Below are positions 1-13,222 of a stretch of DNA of 64,000 nt, one piece after another (position 1 is the first letter of the stretch; each line of letters begins with the position of its first letter). The notes below the pieces were generated by a model, which was not told the DNA's origin, ran no database searches, and saw nothing but the letters and a program-made list of their open reading frames with translations. The DNA is from Octopus vulgaris (Eukaryota). A program made the translations under genes and the position numbers. The DNA is taken from NCBI GenBank assembly GCA_951406725.2, contig OX597819.1, positions 37,448,001 through 37,512,000 on the forward strand, given 5' to 3'.

Positions 1-29
1 ATGTATGTATATTTCTGCAGCTCTTGGTA

Positions 30-166
30 GTCCAAATTGGAGGTGCAATCTATGTGGGTATCGTTTCAGAGCATTGTCTGGTTTAAAAAGCCACATTAGA
101 TGCCATGATGGTGCTAATGTGTAGATACAGGAGGTGGTCAAACACTGCATAAGGAGTAGACAACCA

Positions 167-170
<4 letters not shown>
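30..170 (+). mobile_element. 3' end of an RTE-type LINE (terminal zinc-finger remnant)
   Basis: WRCNLCGYRFRALSGLKSHIRCH resembles the C-terminal CxxC...H...H motif of RTE ORFs, followed by (TA)n. Confidence 0.5.
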
Positions 171-218
<48 letters not shown>

Positions 219-230
219 GTATGCATATAT

Positions 231-780
231 ACGGGGTGCGGCAAAATGATTTAACATGTTAGGTGTACTAAAAGTGAAATAGAGTAACGAACGAAAAATG
301 TGCTTTTATTTACAAAATGTATATATAGTGCCATTTTGTTTCATTTGGTTTTAAGAATTAAATCGGTCAAGTGGGTGCTGTCACTGTCCACACATTGTCA
401 AAGGTGTTCACAAAAGTTGTCTATAACTTGATGGGTCATTTCATGTAGATTGGCAGCAAGTTCTTGATGAATGTCATCTTTTAATTCTTCAAAAGATCGA
501 GAACAATGAGTGTATACCTCTGATTTCATGTACCCCTACAGAAAAAAAATCACATGGGTTCAAATTAGGTGATTGGGCAGGCTAACTGATGTCACCGGGG
601 AACACCTCCCTCAAAATCCCTATCATATATCGACAAGTGTGGGCCGTTGCCTCATCCTGTTGTAACCACACATTGTCCGTATCGTCAAGTTCATTTAATT
701 TTAGTTTCAGAAAAGTCTCTGACATCACACAATATCGAGCAGAGTTCACAGTCACTGTAACATTGTCATCTTCGAAGATC
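231..780 (-). mobile_element. Tc1/mariner transposase relic with terminal end
   Basis: Minus strand FEDDNVTVTVNSARY...WLQQDEATAHT...*PAQSPNLNPCDFF (DD-D catalytic motifs), ending at TA|CGGGGTG next to (TA)n. Confidence 0.8.
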
Positions 781-1206
781 TTCCTGTTTTACTTCACACC
801 TGACTTGGAGCCCTGTAAAGAGTCATGGACACTGCTTTCTCTTTTGACTGAAAGATAATGTGTGTGTGTGTGTGCGTGTGCGTGTGTGTGTGTGCATGCG
901 TGCATCAATGTTTTTGCATCCATTTTTTTCCCCATGTTTGTATCAGTTATATGAGACTTCTGACTTTAGATATTCTATGGCTGATGTCCTTCCTGATGAG
1001 GCTAACCTTTTGTTCTCTTGTTTTCAAGCTAAGTTCTTTTTTTCCATGTTGAATAACTGAATTGAAGGTATATTGTTCATGGGAGACAAATAATTGTTAA
1101 TACTGCTGAAACAATCTCAGTGCAGAGAAACAGACACACACACACACACACTTATAATGGTTTTCTACAGTTTCTATGTATCAAATTTCACTTGTTTTGC
1201 CTTGAC

Positions 1207-1433
1207 TTAACCCTTTAGTATTTAAACTGGCCATATCCGGCCAAAATAGTTAATCTGTTTTATGTTCAAACTGACCAGATCCAGGCTCTCACACCTACCC
1301 TACAATGTTATTCTACATTAAGTAATTACACCATCAAGATCTTGAAGATATGAGATAATGCATGATTAATTCAAATCAATGTGAATCAATAAGCATTATG
1401 TTTGATAGAATAATCTGAACGCTAAAGAGTTAA
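1207..1433. mobile_element. piggyBac-like MITE (TTAA-CCCTT...TTAA) inserted in a SINE remnant
   Basis: TTAA at 1207 and 1430 with CCCTTTAG/CTAAAGAG termini. Relatives at about 36930-37124 and 59090-59314. Confidence 0.7.
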
Positions 1434-1599
1434 GGCTATTTGTAGAAGACACTCGCCTAAGGTATTGTTCATTGAGAGCAAAACTGAGGCTATGTGATAG
1501 CAAACTGAACTTCTTAACCATCTCCTACTAGACCATCCTATAAGAGCTTTACTTTTATTTGATGCAACAGATGTGGGCTGGAAGAGACCTCAAGACAGG

Positions 1600-1790
1600 C
1601 ATCACACCAGATGGCCAGATGTGATTGGAGAAGATCTCCAAAGGCTCAACATCACCTTAGAGGATGCAGAGGAGCTGGCATGGTACCACCAGTAATGGAG
1701 AGCACTGGTGGACCAGGTTAGCTCTCTGCATGGTGATGTCTCTGGGGCCACTAACCTGGGATGACCCCCAGCTCCATCAAGCAAGAGCAA
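1600..1790 (+). mobile_element. RTE-like LINE 3' fragment
   Basis: Reads WPDVIGEDLQRLNITLEDAEELA...WRALV, typical of RTE C-terminal ends. Confidence 0.5.
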
Positions 1791-2390
1791 CAAGACTTTA
1801 AATTTAGTTGGAGAGGAATAAATAATTATAAGTACTACAGTGCTTGGCTGGTACTTTATTTTCATTGACCCTGGTACAGTGAAAAGTGAAGTTGATCTTG
1901 GGTGGATTTGAATACTGAACATGAAGAACTGAAAAAAAATATTACAAGGGTTTTTTGGTCATATGCTTTAATGATGCTATCAATCCAAAACCCATGCTCT
2001 GTTAATTACTTTTTCATGACTGGATATCATTTATATTGATAACCATGTCACAGAAATTTGGCTCCATGTCTATTGCATTGAATAGAATAATGTGTTGCTG
2101 CTGTGGATTTCATTGTTATTGCATATACAATGACAACTATAGCAGCTAAAAATTCTTTGAATTGTTACATATACTGTTAATAGCTTGAATATGTTCATAT
2201 GAGTTTGCAATACATGTGTTTATAGAATTTATTTTGTTTAAACCAACTGACACAGATCATAGTATTGCATCTTGTCACATGATTAATTCGTGATAAACAC
2301 TTCTTTATATTTTGTTTTCAGTTGATGACTCTGCCATACATTGTCTGTGTTGGTTTGGGTTGTATAGGTCTGCCGCTCATTTTCTATATT

Positions 2391-2702
2391 TTTTTTTTTT
2401 TTGTTTGTTCCTTCTCGAGCCCTGCCTGGTTCATAAGGGTCAGTTTCCCAGTTTCTTGGCGTATAGGTTCCCTACCTGGATGGGATGCTGGTCCATCGCA
2501 GGTGAGCTGCAAGATGCAGGAGGAAAGAGTGAGAGAAAGTTGTGGCGAAAGAGTCAGCAGAAGTTCGCCATTAACTTATGCCGGAGCCTCATGGAGCTTA
2601 GGTGTTTCGCTCATAAACACACACATTGCCCGGTCTGAGATTCGAACAGGCAATCCCTCGACCGCATGTCTGCTGCTCTAACCACTAGGCCATGTGCCTC
2701 TA
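2391..2702 (-). mobile_element. tRNA-derived SINE (family D) with TSD
   Basis: A/B-box head on the minus strand, A-rich tail, 13-bp TSD CATTTTCTATATT at 2378 and 2703. Near-identical to 35470-35740. Confidence 0.85.
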
Positions 2703-3152
2703 CATTTTCTATATTGGTTTTGGATTGCTTAGGTCTGCCAGTTTGTATCAGATGGGTCTATGTTTTTCTGTGTTATATATAATCTTTTGTATCTCAGTCC
2801 CATGTCATTATATTTACAAGACCAGACTGCAGCTCAAAGCTAACTATTTCTCAAGTATTTCTGTCTCTTTTTTCTTTTGTTATCTGCACCCTTGATTGTT
2901 AGTATACAACACTTCCTTACCAATAATCCCCTCTCTCTCTCTTTCGGAGAGGCACAAGCACCTACACGCACATATACACACACGGCAGTAACTTCCGCCT
3001 GCCAAATTCAATCACAAAGCTTCGGTCGGCTCCTCATTCATATTTACTTAATGCCTGTACTAATGTGATTAGATCTCTCACATATGTGTGTGTGTGTATT
3101 GGCCAGTGTTCTGTTATATCTAATTGCTTTTTCACTTCATTTGTACTCATCC

Positions 3153-3154
<2 letters not shown>

Positions 3155-3206
<52 letters not shown>

Positions 3207-3470
3207 GTTTAACGTCCGTTTTCCATGCTAGCATGGGTTGGACAGTTTTGACTGTGGGCTGGCGAACCAGATGGCTGCACCAGGCTCCAGTCTTGATCTG
3301 GCAGAGTTTCTACAGCTGGATGCCCTTCCTAACGCCAACCACTCCGAGAGTGTAGTGGGTGCTTTTTACATGCCACCTGCACAGGGGCCAGTCAGGCAGT
3401 ACTGGCAATGACCTCGCTCGAATCTTTTTACACGTGCCACCGACACAGGTGCCAGTGAAGCGACGTTGGT
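3155..3470 (-). mobile_element. SINE family C with (CAT)n/(GAT)n tail
   Basis: (CAT)n followed by CGTTTAACGTCCGTTTTCCATGCTAGCATGGGTTGGAC; many paralogues in the window. Confidence 0.8.
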
Positions 3471-3859
3471 AAATCATCCTACTCCTATAAGTTGTAAAGA
3501 AATTTTTTGCTGTCAACACAATTTTCTGTCTCATAACAGCATTAACTGTTTCATATCACACTGTTGTATCACATGATTTACTTTTTACCCACACCTCATA
3601 TAATCTACCTTTTACTCAGAGAACAGTAACCATTTTATGCGACATGCTCTCTGTTCTTTCTCAGAGTTACTAGTCTCATGCCACCTTTGCCCATAAATTC
3701 TCAACTCATTTGTCTCTTCTTCTCTCATCGTTCATATTGTATCCACTATTTCTTGTGCCTGCAAAACCAATGCATCCATTCCTTCTTCCTTTGAATGTTC
3801 TTCCTCAGGAATTCTCTCTCTGTCTGTGTTTTTCCCAGCAGTTGTCAATATTAATTATA

Positions 3860-4125
3860 ATAATAATAATAATAATAATAATAAATTATTGTATACAGTG
3901 CCCAGGTGCACCACAACTTGTCAGAAAGTGCATATAAAGTACATGCAGTAATGTAGAAATGTCTGGAAAGCGAACAATGTATGAGTCAGATACATGCTTG
4001 TGTGTGTATGGAGGGGAGAAAATCAAGTGTAGTGTTGGCTAATCTCAGGAAGCATGAAAGTTTTGAAGGATGCAGTGCTCCGATAACTAACAACCGATGC
4101 CGGCAGTTTGTTCCATGTTTCACCT
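3860..4125 (-). mobile_element. CR1-type LINE 3' tail with (ATT)n end
   Basis: WNKLPASVV...FKT motif; 3' UTR shared with 59390-59850. Confidence 0.7.
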
Positions 4126-4183
4126 TCCAGTCTTGGAGGACCTGTTAATGTCAGACACACAGCTCCTTCCCCCAGGGCAATCC

Positions 4184-4214
<31 letters not shown>

Positions 4215-5456
4215 TATTGGCATACAGTCAGCAATTTGGGGGTAGAGAGCTAGTCAATTATATCAACCCCAATGCGTAACTGGTACTTATTTCATCAACT
4301 CCAAAAGGGAAGAAAAGCAAAGTTGACCTCAGTGGGATTTGAACCCAGAACATATAGGAATGAAATGCTGCTAACAATGATGATGATGATGATAATTATG
4401 AGAATCCTTGGTTTACCATCCATGCAAGAAATGCAAAAGGTTGTTTTAGCTGGTATATCGCACATATTGATAAGAGCATTGTTGCTGTGAATTTGTTTTT
4501 CTTCTTTTGCCTTCTTTTTTCCCCTTTTTCGTTTTCTTTTATTCCATCACAACTTTGTAAATGAACAATCTGGTGTATTTATTTTAATGGCCTACCAATA
4601 TATACAGCGAGTTTCTTTGTCCTAGGTATCAGGAAGACAATTGGCAAGAAATGGAAACAAAACTCAAAAAACTAATAATAATAATAATGATAATAATAAT
4701 AATAATAATAATAATATCAAAACAGTTATATCTCTGCTGGGCAGTTGTCTCACCAGAAATATAACATTAGTGGTTTCAACCTCAAAAATTCAAGCAGTTC
4801 TTACAATCTTGTTTTATTTTGTTGTAGATTTATTTCAGCCTAGTCAACTACTATAATTACTACTGCTACCTGGCCCTTGGCTACCTTTAGCAGAGTTCAC
4901 TCTGTTGTATATATTCAGATCAGGTCTCCAGCCTGAAGATAACTCATTATCTTGATGTACTATTTCTCACTGGAGCAAAACAAATCAGTTTCTTTTTCCT
5001 GAAGACCCTGGACAAAAATCATGGGTGATGCCCTTCCATAGCAAAATCTTTGAAAATTATCTTCTAATTCCTTATCTTGTACTCTCAACGTGATCTCCTC
5101 TACATCTATTGTACTCCTGAGTTATTTCCTATGTCTTGTACACTCAAGTTGATGTCCTCTATATATCCCATACTCTCCAAGTTGATCTTAGCATTGAGGA
5201 TAGCACTGTCTCACACAATCTCCTTAACTAAAGGGGAGATAAATATAACAAAATTTCATTCTAAATCTTTCAGTATGTTAACAATTCTTGGAGACCCTCA
5301 CCTTTCTTTTAACTTGTTCCCTACTGTTTTATTCTTTATTTTTGTATGAACATCTACAGCTGGCTCTGAGCATTTGACTGAGGGTAGGCACTTTCTGCCC
5401 TGATCAGGATGAATATGGTGAGGAATCACTGGTTCTAACAATTCCATACTTCTTCC

Positions 5457-5820
5457 GGATCTTTTCGGTTTGAACGGCAGTTTTTTCTAACAGTGTCATA
5501 TGAAATTGTCACCCATAATTATGACCCTAGTATCGATCTATTGCATTTCAATCTGTTTTAGGGTTAGTTAGGGTTAGGGTTACGGTTGGGGGGAAGGGTA
5601 TCTTTTTTTCTTCACAAATGTAAATAAACCCAATCTGTTTCTTAAACAAGGGACATATTCATACGGCACAGAATGGGTTTTTTTTACCTCAATGGATGTA
5701 TTTGATTGGTTGAAATTGCAGAAATTGAAGAAATTAAAGACCAAATATCTTACAAACTATAGAATTTTCTCAATAAAGCCAAGAGAAAAAGATATTTTAT
5801 AAACACATTCTACCAGTATA
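5457..5820 (+). mobile_element. Truncated copy of the GGATC-TIR MITE
   Basis: Matches 20722-21142 from the left TIR; right end missing. Confidence 0.75.
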
Positions 5821-8134
5821 TTTAGAATGCACAGCTATTTTGTATTATAGTTTTCCACTGCTTTAATATCTTTATCCTATATATCATAAGATGAATTATC
5901 TGAGAAGTTTAAAGGTTCTGCTAAGAAAGCATGGCAAGTTTACTAATGTTTATTCCTCATACTTCCTATCATGCCAACTCTCGTAAGTTGAAACAAATGA
6001 GGTTGTTTTGCATATTTATTATTGCTGGGGTTTTAAAGCTGTATGATTCCTAATTGTTCCCTGCCAACATTAGACAAGATTTCCTGAACTCAGAGTTTTA
6101 CAGAATAACCATGATTAACAGCAAGAACAGATGGTTAATGATAACTTTTTTAAATTCCTGGAGATAGTGTCCATAGACTATAAACAAAATTATCATATAT
6201 CAGTGGTTCCCAACATATGGTCCATGACATATTTCTGATAGAGTTGCAAAAGCAAAAATCCATTTTTACTTGCTCAGTCTCAAGAAAAGGGCAGTGCCCA
6301 TAACTATCACAGGGCTTCTTACCATTGATATTAATGTTCCTATTGAACTTTTGCAACTCAACCCCTCCAAGGCAATCATGAACCATGGCAGGAATTTCAG
6401 AAGGATGAGGTTTTGGGGAGGAAGGAAAGAAGGACTGTGGTTAGTGAGTAGTGTGGGACCTGTGGGGTTGGACATAACAAGGGTGATGGAAGGAGGAGGA
6501 GGATTTGATTGTAAAATACTGGGGACTGTTGTATATGTTGAGGCTGATGGCAGAGAATCAAAATTTTGTACTTTTAATTAATTCTATGATACATAGAGAA
6601 AAGATATAATGTTTTAATGATGTGCATTAAGATTTCCCACTGCTCATCTACAGCTTCTCTTATGGAGGCAGAGTAGGAAAGCTGGAGGAAACTTTATCTT
6701 ACTTAGGCTTTTGCCTGACCTACATGTCACACGTGACACACAGGACTTATTACCTTGGCATCCATAGATCATACATGATACACATTCTTAGTTTGTTTTT
6801 TTTTTACTACCATGGGGTAACATGGGGCCTATGAAAGAAAAGCTTCATACTATTCAGAACGTATGAAACAAGGGCTAACTAAAAGTCTGTAAATGTACAT
6901 AGCCGTTCAGAACAAACTTACGAAAATGCTTTGGATAAGCAAAGAGTTAATTTACAAGACACAAAGTGTTTTGCACACATGCATACAAAGAATGTTGATA
7001 ATATATCATAAGGTTATTTGTTATACTTGTTTTAAAATGTCATCTTTGACACGGATCCAAAGATGTGTGAAGAATATTGACTTTTTCAGTAATATATATT
7101 GTAACTAATTATTTCTACTTTGCTGTTGGGTAATCTTTAGAAAGACATTTTATAGATAAAACTTTTCCTCTGAGATCTGTACATGGTCTTTACTTCTGTT
7201 TAATTATAGCCACCAATGTTTATTTTTTTATACATATTTTTTTTATATATCACTGTTTATTTTATATCCCAACTGAAGGCATGTAGCTTAGTGGTTAAGT
7301 TGTTTATCTTATGACCATAAGTTTGTGGCTTTGATTTCTAGGTTGGGCAATGCATTGTGCACTTTAATAAGGCATTTCGTTTCATGTTGCTGCAGTCTGC
7401 TCAGCCAAAAATTAATACCAGTTGACTTCTTGTGAAGCCTTCTCTTACTCCTCCAGCTATCACGTCCTTGTTGTGCCACTGGGTCATTGGTGCTTGAAGT
7501 AAAATTAGGAATGTGTATTATATATGATGCATGGGCAATTGGAGATTATGTCTTGTGTGTTACATGACTCACAGGACAGGCAAAGGGCTAAGTCTCACGG
7601 CTTCTCTATACCCTCACAACCCTCTCTCTCTTTCATTCCATAAAAAAATCCCTAATTACTTCTTGTTTCTTCTTAACTTCCTCTGTCTCCTGTAATTCAC
7701 AGTGTACAGCTGATGATTAATTTTCATCTCTTGCTTGATATTGTAAATCTTTTACTTTCTCTTTTTCAACTTCCAATGCTCTACAGGATTTTACCTTATA
7801 TCACTTAGCATTTACTAACAATCACCTTTAAGATCTTGTTCCAGATCAACTGTCTCCACTACAAATAAATGTTGTAAACAGTTCAAATTCATCTCAATGC
7901 AGTTGGCATGCAGGAATCTATTCAAAAATATTTTTAAAATTCGAATCTATAAATTGCCAAGAATTAATAGGAATGGCAGCTTAATCTAAAACAATTTAGT
8001 GTTTGTGTGATAAAGCGGATTTTTGGCTTAATCTCTTCCAATAAAATTAATCTATTAAATATATAAACCAGTACTCCAGCAGCTTAAGATTATATTGAAT
8101 GAAAAGACTAGTTGAAATGTAAGTCTGGGTTTTT

Positions 8135-8525
8135 CTACTCTTTACTCTTTTACTTGTTTCAGTCATTTGACTGTGGCCATGCTGGAGCACCGCCTTTAGT
8201 CAAGCAAATTAACCCCAGGACTTATTCTTTGTAAGCCTAGTACTTATTCTATTGGTCTCTTTTGCCAAACCGAGGGACATAAACACACCAGCATCAGTTG
8301 TCAAGCGATGTTGGAGGGACAAAAACAGACACACAAACATACACACACATGCATATATACAACGGGCTTCTTTCAGTTTCTGTCTACCAAATCTACTCAC
8401 AAGGCTTTGGTCGACCCGAGGGTATAGTAGTAGACCCTTGCCCAAGGTGCCATGCAGTGGGACTGAACCCGGAACCATGTGGTTGGTAAGCAAGCTACTT
8501 ACCACACAGCCACTCCTACGCCTAT
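8135..8525 (-). mobile_element. tRNA-derived SINE family A
   Basis: Head GGAGTGGCTGTGTGGTAAG...GGTTCAGTCCCA, central (TG)n, (AAAAGAGT)n tail. Confidence 0.85.
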
Positions 8526-8589
8526 TCTATGGAGAAAAATTTAAATATAAGAATTATTTTATTTTGTGGTCTTAAATAATAACTAGTCC

Positions 8590-9822
8590 AAGTACATCAA
8601 ACCCAGTGTTTCACTGGTACTTAATTTATCAACGCCAAAAGGATGAAAGGCAAAGTTGACTTCAGCAGAATTTGAACTCAGAATGTAAAAACAGAAGAAA
8701 TGCCACTAAGCATTTAGCCTGGTGTGTTAATGATTCTTCCAGCTTGCCACCATAATAATAATAATAACAAAATAATAATTTCAAATTTTGGCACAAGGCC
8801 AGCAAGTTTGTGGATGGAGATAAGTCAATTGCATCAATCCCAGTCCTCAACTGGCATTTATTTTATTGACCCTGAAAGGGTCAATAAAAGTAAGCACCAG
8901 TTTTAAGAATTCTGCCAATCTACCTAATAATAATAGTTATAGATAACCCTTTCTATAATAGGCATTGGGGTACGGGTATAGTTGATTACATCAACTTCAG
9001 TACTCGAATGGTACTTTTTCCATCGACCCTGAAAGGATGAAAGGCAAAATCGACCTCAGCAGAATATGAACTCAGAGTATAGTAATGCCTCTTAGCATTT
9101 CACCCGCTGTGTTAACAATTCTGCCAGCTCACCATCTTGATAATGATAATAATAATAATTCTTTCTAACTTTGGTACAAGGCCTGCAGTTTTAGAAAGAA
9201 GGATTAGTTGATGCCATTGACACTAGTACTTGACTGGCCTTTTTATTTTATTGATCCTGAAAGAATGGTATGCCAAATTGACCTCATTGGGATTTGAACT
9301 TAAAACATAAAGAGCTAGAAGAAATATGGCAAGGCATCTTATCAAACATTTTAACAGTTCTGCTAATCCACCTAATAATAATGATAATCCTTTTTGCTAA
9401 TGGCACAAGGCCTGAAATTTTGGGGGAGGGGGGTAAGTCGATTACATCAACTCCAGTACTCAACTGGTACTTAATTTACTGACCTTGAAAGGATGAAAAA
9501 CCAAAGTTGACTTCGGCAGAATTTGAACTCAGAACGTAATGATCAGCGAAATACCACTAAGCATTTTGTCTAGCATGCTAACAATTCTGCCAGCTCGCTG
9601 CCTTAATAATAATAAAGATTTCAAATTTTGGCACAAGGCCAGCTATTTCAGGGAGGGGGTAAATCAATTACATTGACCCCAATCCTCAACTGGTATTTAT
9701 TTTATCATCACTGAGAAGACGAAAAGCTAAGTCGATCTTGGTGACATTTGAACATAAAGATGGATGAAATGCCAATAAGAATTTTGCCTGTCGTGCTAGC
9801 GATTCAGCCAGATCATTGCCTT
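8590..9822 (-). repeat. Head-to-tail array of about six SINE family B copies separated by (AAT)n
   Basis: Repeated ACTGGTACTT...GAAAGGATGAAAGGCAAAGTCGAC...GAATTTGAACTCAGAA...CTGCCAGCTC units. Confidence 0.8.
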
Positions 9823-9949
9823 GATACTGTTACAAATATTGGCTTGTGATATGGTGGGTTAAAAACACCATGGGTAGCAAAAAGGTGTAAGGCTACCCAT
9901 GAGACTCAAATCTCACATTGTCTTTATTTATGATAGCTGTGCTAACCTA

Positions 9950-10175
9950 TTTCTTTACTACCCACAAGGGGCTAAACACAGAGAGGACAAACAAGGACCG
10001 ACAAATGGATTAAGTCGATTATATGGACCCCAGTACGTAACTGGTACTTATTTAATTGACCCCGAAAGGATGAAAGGCAAAGTCGACCACGGCGGAATTT
10101 GAACTCAGAACGTAACGGCAGACGAAATACTGTTAAGCATTTCGCCTGGTGTCCTAACGATTCTGCCAGCTCGCC
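9950..10175 (-). mobile_element. Young SINE family B copy with TSD
   Basis: 11-bp TSD GTGCTAACCTA at 9939 and 10176; CpGs intact. Confidence 0.85.
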
Positions 10176-10306
10176 GTGCTAACCTAGTACATCAAAACTA
10201 TAATATTGACAGTAACAGAACAAAATTATATTGTATACTGTGCTTGTTCATTTTAAAATAAACTACTTTATAGGTACATATTCTCATTGACTGGGGTTCT
10301 TCTCCT

Positions 10307-10535
10307 TTAACCCTTTAGATACCAACCTGGCTGAAACCGCCTCTGGCTCCGTTGTACAAATGTCTTGTTTTCAAAGGTTCTAAATTCAAATCTTCCACCA
10401 AACCTTAATCACAATTTATGTTCCTAACATTATCTGAATGATAACTAAGTTATTTTACTAAATTCTTTGTTATATTTAAAATAATTGAAAGAAACACAGA
10501 GCATCTCAAAATAAATACAGTAACGAGAGGGTTAA
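10307..10535. mobile_element. piggyBac-like MITE
   Basis: TTAA-CCCTT...AGGG-TTAA; same family as 46048-46275 and 50373-51018. Confidence 0.85.
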
Positions 10536-11648
10536 TGTTTAAGGTTGCTCATATCACATATTTCAAATCATTTTTCTGATAGTTAATCATATATTAAACA
10601 CTTTGGTATTCTTTATATGTATGTAACAAGTTGCAAGCTTTTTTTCATGTGATTAGTTATATGGCTTGTTAGCAATAGTGGCCAAATCTCCTCCAAATTA
10701 TATTTTTCAATATCTTCTACTCCAGCTGTGAATTTCCTGTCATTTTGTATAACTGTGACTACTGTGTCCTTTCTGTTTTTAAGGCATTAGAAGTGTGAGC
10801 TAATGAGATTTAGTAGCTAAATCTAGCAAGTCAAGCAACAATGTAAAGATTCTCTTGTTAAATCTGTTGTAAGGAGTGTAGTAAACTAGTGCAGTAATAT
10901 ACTTAGCTTACCATTTAGTATGTAGTTGTACAATATAATTTTACTGCAGTAAAAATGTAGCATAGAAATAATATATCTATGTCATAGGTGGTTAATTCAT
11001 TTCATTGCACATACATAATGTGCCTTTGTATGAAACCCATTTCAGAAACGTTTTTTTAATGACTTAGTCAGGTGTGGAAGGGAAGGGCCCATGAGCTTTC
11101 TTCTGGCGTCCAAAACTGGCAAGTGAAAGAGGGGAAGCTATTTTCAGACTGGAGACTTGGCCCCAAATAATTGGAACTAGGCATACTTTTTTAAATGACA
11201 TTCAAGGTTCAGATGATGGTGTTAAACTGGTCAAAGGATTAAATCTACCATCCAAGAACATGAATGATCCATTCCTCCAACAGACTTCCACCAAATTCCC
11301 CCTCTGAGTTTGTGGTAGAAGACACTTGTGCAAAGTACTATTGTGCCATGCAGTAGGATTGAAACTGGGACCAAGCTGTTGCAAAGTGAACTTCTTAACT
11401 ACACAGCCACACCTGCTTTCATTTTCATCTTGGCTTGAAATGTTTCAGTATTAATTAGATCCTTTGGAGTATGTGAGAGTTTATACAGTGCCAATTAGCT
11501 TATATGGAGCCATGTAAACACTATGTTCGTGGAGATAAGTTTCACCTCATTTAATCTGAAATGAATTTATACAACTTTTGAAATATCTAGTCATTCTAGA
11601 GAAACTCATTCTCTGCTACTAACTGTAGCAGTAGAATTGCAATCATCT

Positions 11649-11679
<31 letters not shown>

Positions 11680-12237
11680 TTGTTTTTTTAACTGTGTTAG
11701 TTGCACATTACTACTGATGTGAGGTTAACCTGACCTTGTTCTTATTAAAATAAATTAGTCCTATAAATTAAATAACACATGCACATTAAAAAAGTGTAAT
11801 TATGAAAATAATTGGGTTCTTTATCTTTTTTCGTTTTTTTTCTTTTTTGCAACAAAAACATTTTATTTATTTTCAATGTATTCATTTTTAACATACATTT
11901 TACATTTTGAAGTGAAGCAGATTGTATGAAAATAAAAATTGTGCAGTCTCTGATAAAACATTTTTTTTATTATATTCAACAGTGCTTATCTTAGGTTTTT
12001 TGGTGCTTTTTCCCCCCCCTCTATTTCTATTTTATTACTAAGATACTGGTACTATATTGTGCTACAGAATATATAATGTTTTAGTCAACCACATAATGTA
12101 AAAACCACATATTCATATATAATAACTTCATAATTACTAAGGCATCGTCTGGAAGCAATAAAATTTCAAACTTGAAGCAATATTAAATGAAGAATTACAT
12201 ACAAATAAAAATATACATGTAAAAATTCCCATTTGTT

Positions 12238-12615
12238 GGCTGTGTGGTAAGTAGCTTGCTTACCAACCACATGGCACTGGGTTCAGTCCCACTGCATGGC
12301 ACCTTGGGCAGGTGCCTTCTACTATAGCCTTGGGTCGACCAAAGCCTTGTGAGTGAATTTGGTAGACAGAAACTGAAAGAAGCCCGTCGTATATATGTGT
12401 ATATATATGTGTGTGTGTTTGTGTGTCTGTGTTTGTCCCTCTAACATTGCTTGAGAACCGATGCTGATGTGTTTATGTCCCCCAGTTTGGCAAAAGAGAC
12501 CAATAGAATAAGTACTAGGCTTACAAAGAACAAGTCCTGGGATCGATTTGCTTGACTAAAGGCAGTGCTCCAGCATGGCCACAGTCATATGACTGAAACA
12601 AATAAAAACATAAAA
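12238..12615 (+). mobile_element. SINE family A
   Basis: Reverse complement of 8135-8525. Confidence 0.85.
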
Positions 12616-12940
12616 GCGTAATATCTATATTATCAATATACATTCTCACACACACTCACTCACTCTCACACACACACCTGTAAAGGTTCATAGGCACTGC
12701 CATTCCTCCTAACTAATCAATAAAGAAGAAATACCTGAAATGCTAAATGCCAGTCTTGAAATTATAGTTATTAAGATTTCTCAATACTTGTATGGGTCAT
12801 ATAGTTTTACAAATTTCAATATTTGCATATTATCTTAGTCTAGTCTGATAAAAGGCTCTACTCCAAACAAACATTCCCCCCTCTTTGTTGCTAATGTAAC
12901 ATATTTCATTTTTCGCTTTTACATATATTTTATAACTATA

Positions 12941-13222
12941 CTAGCATTATGACCCGGCAACACCGGGGCATAATGCTAGCTGGCATTCAATTGGTGTGTC
13001 AAGTTTCCGGCATTTTGATTGGGTTTTGGATAGAAAATTCACAAAAAAGTCACTTCTATTGATTTTTTAATGACTTTGCGGGGTGACTGGGGAAAAGTAA
13101 AGATGTGCACGACCACCCTTGGACTGTTTTGAATGACCATAGAAAGTGCGAGCCCTCTAACTGAAAAATTGTGGATTTGTATAAAGGACACACACACAGA
13201 CATTTTGCCGTTTATATATAGA
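12941..13222 (-). mobile_element. Non-autonomous Helitron (internally deleted copy)
   Basis: 5' TC-TATATA, 3' hairpin ending CTAG; homologous to 17517-17878. Confidence 0.8.

Noticed and set aside
2321-2370. Acceptor tttgttttcag followed by VDDSAIHCLCW as a coding exon
   Set aside because: No convincing donor or homology; the ORF runs into a SINE.
6150-6581. Overlapping ORFs in a GC-richer block (also 18451-18600, 35794-36081, 40234-40446)
   Set aside because: No recognisable domain or splice pattern; probably old TE debris.
8590-10175. Repeat-spacer-like array resembling CRISPR
   Set aside because: Eukaryotic DNA; units are ~200-bp diverged SINEs and there are no cas genes.
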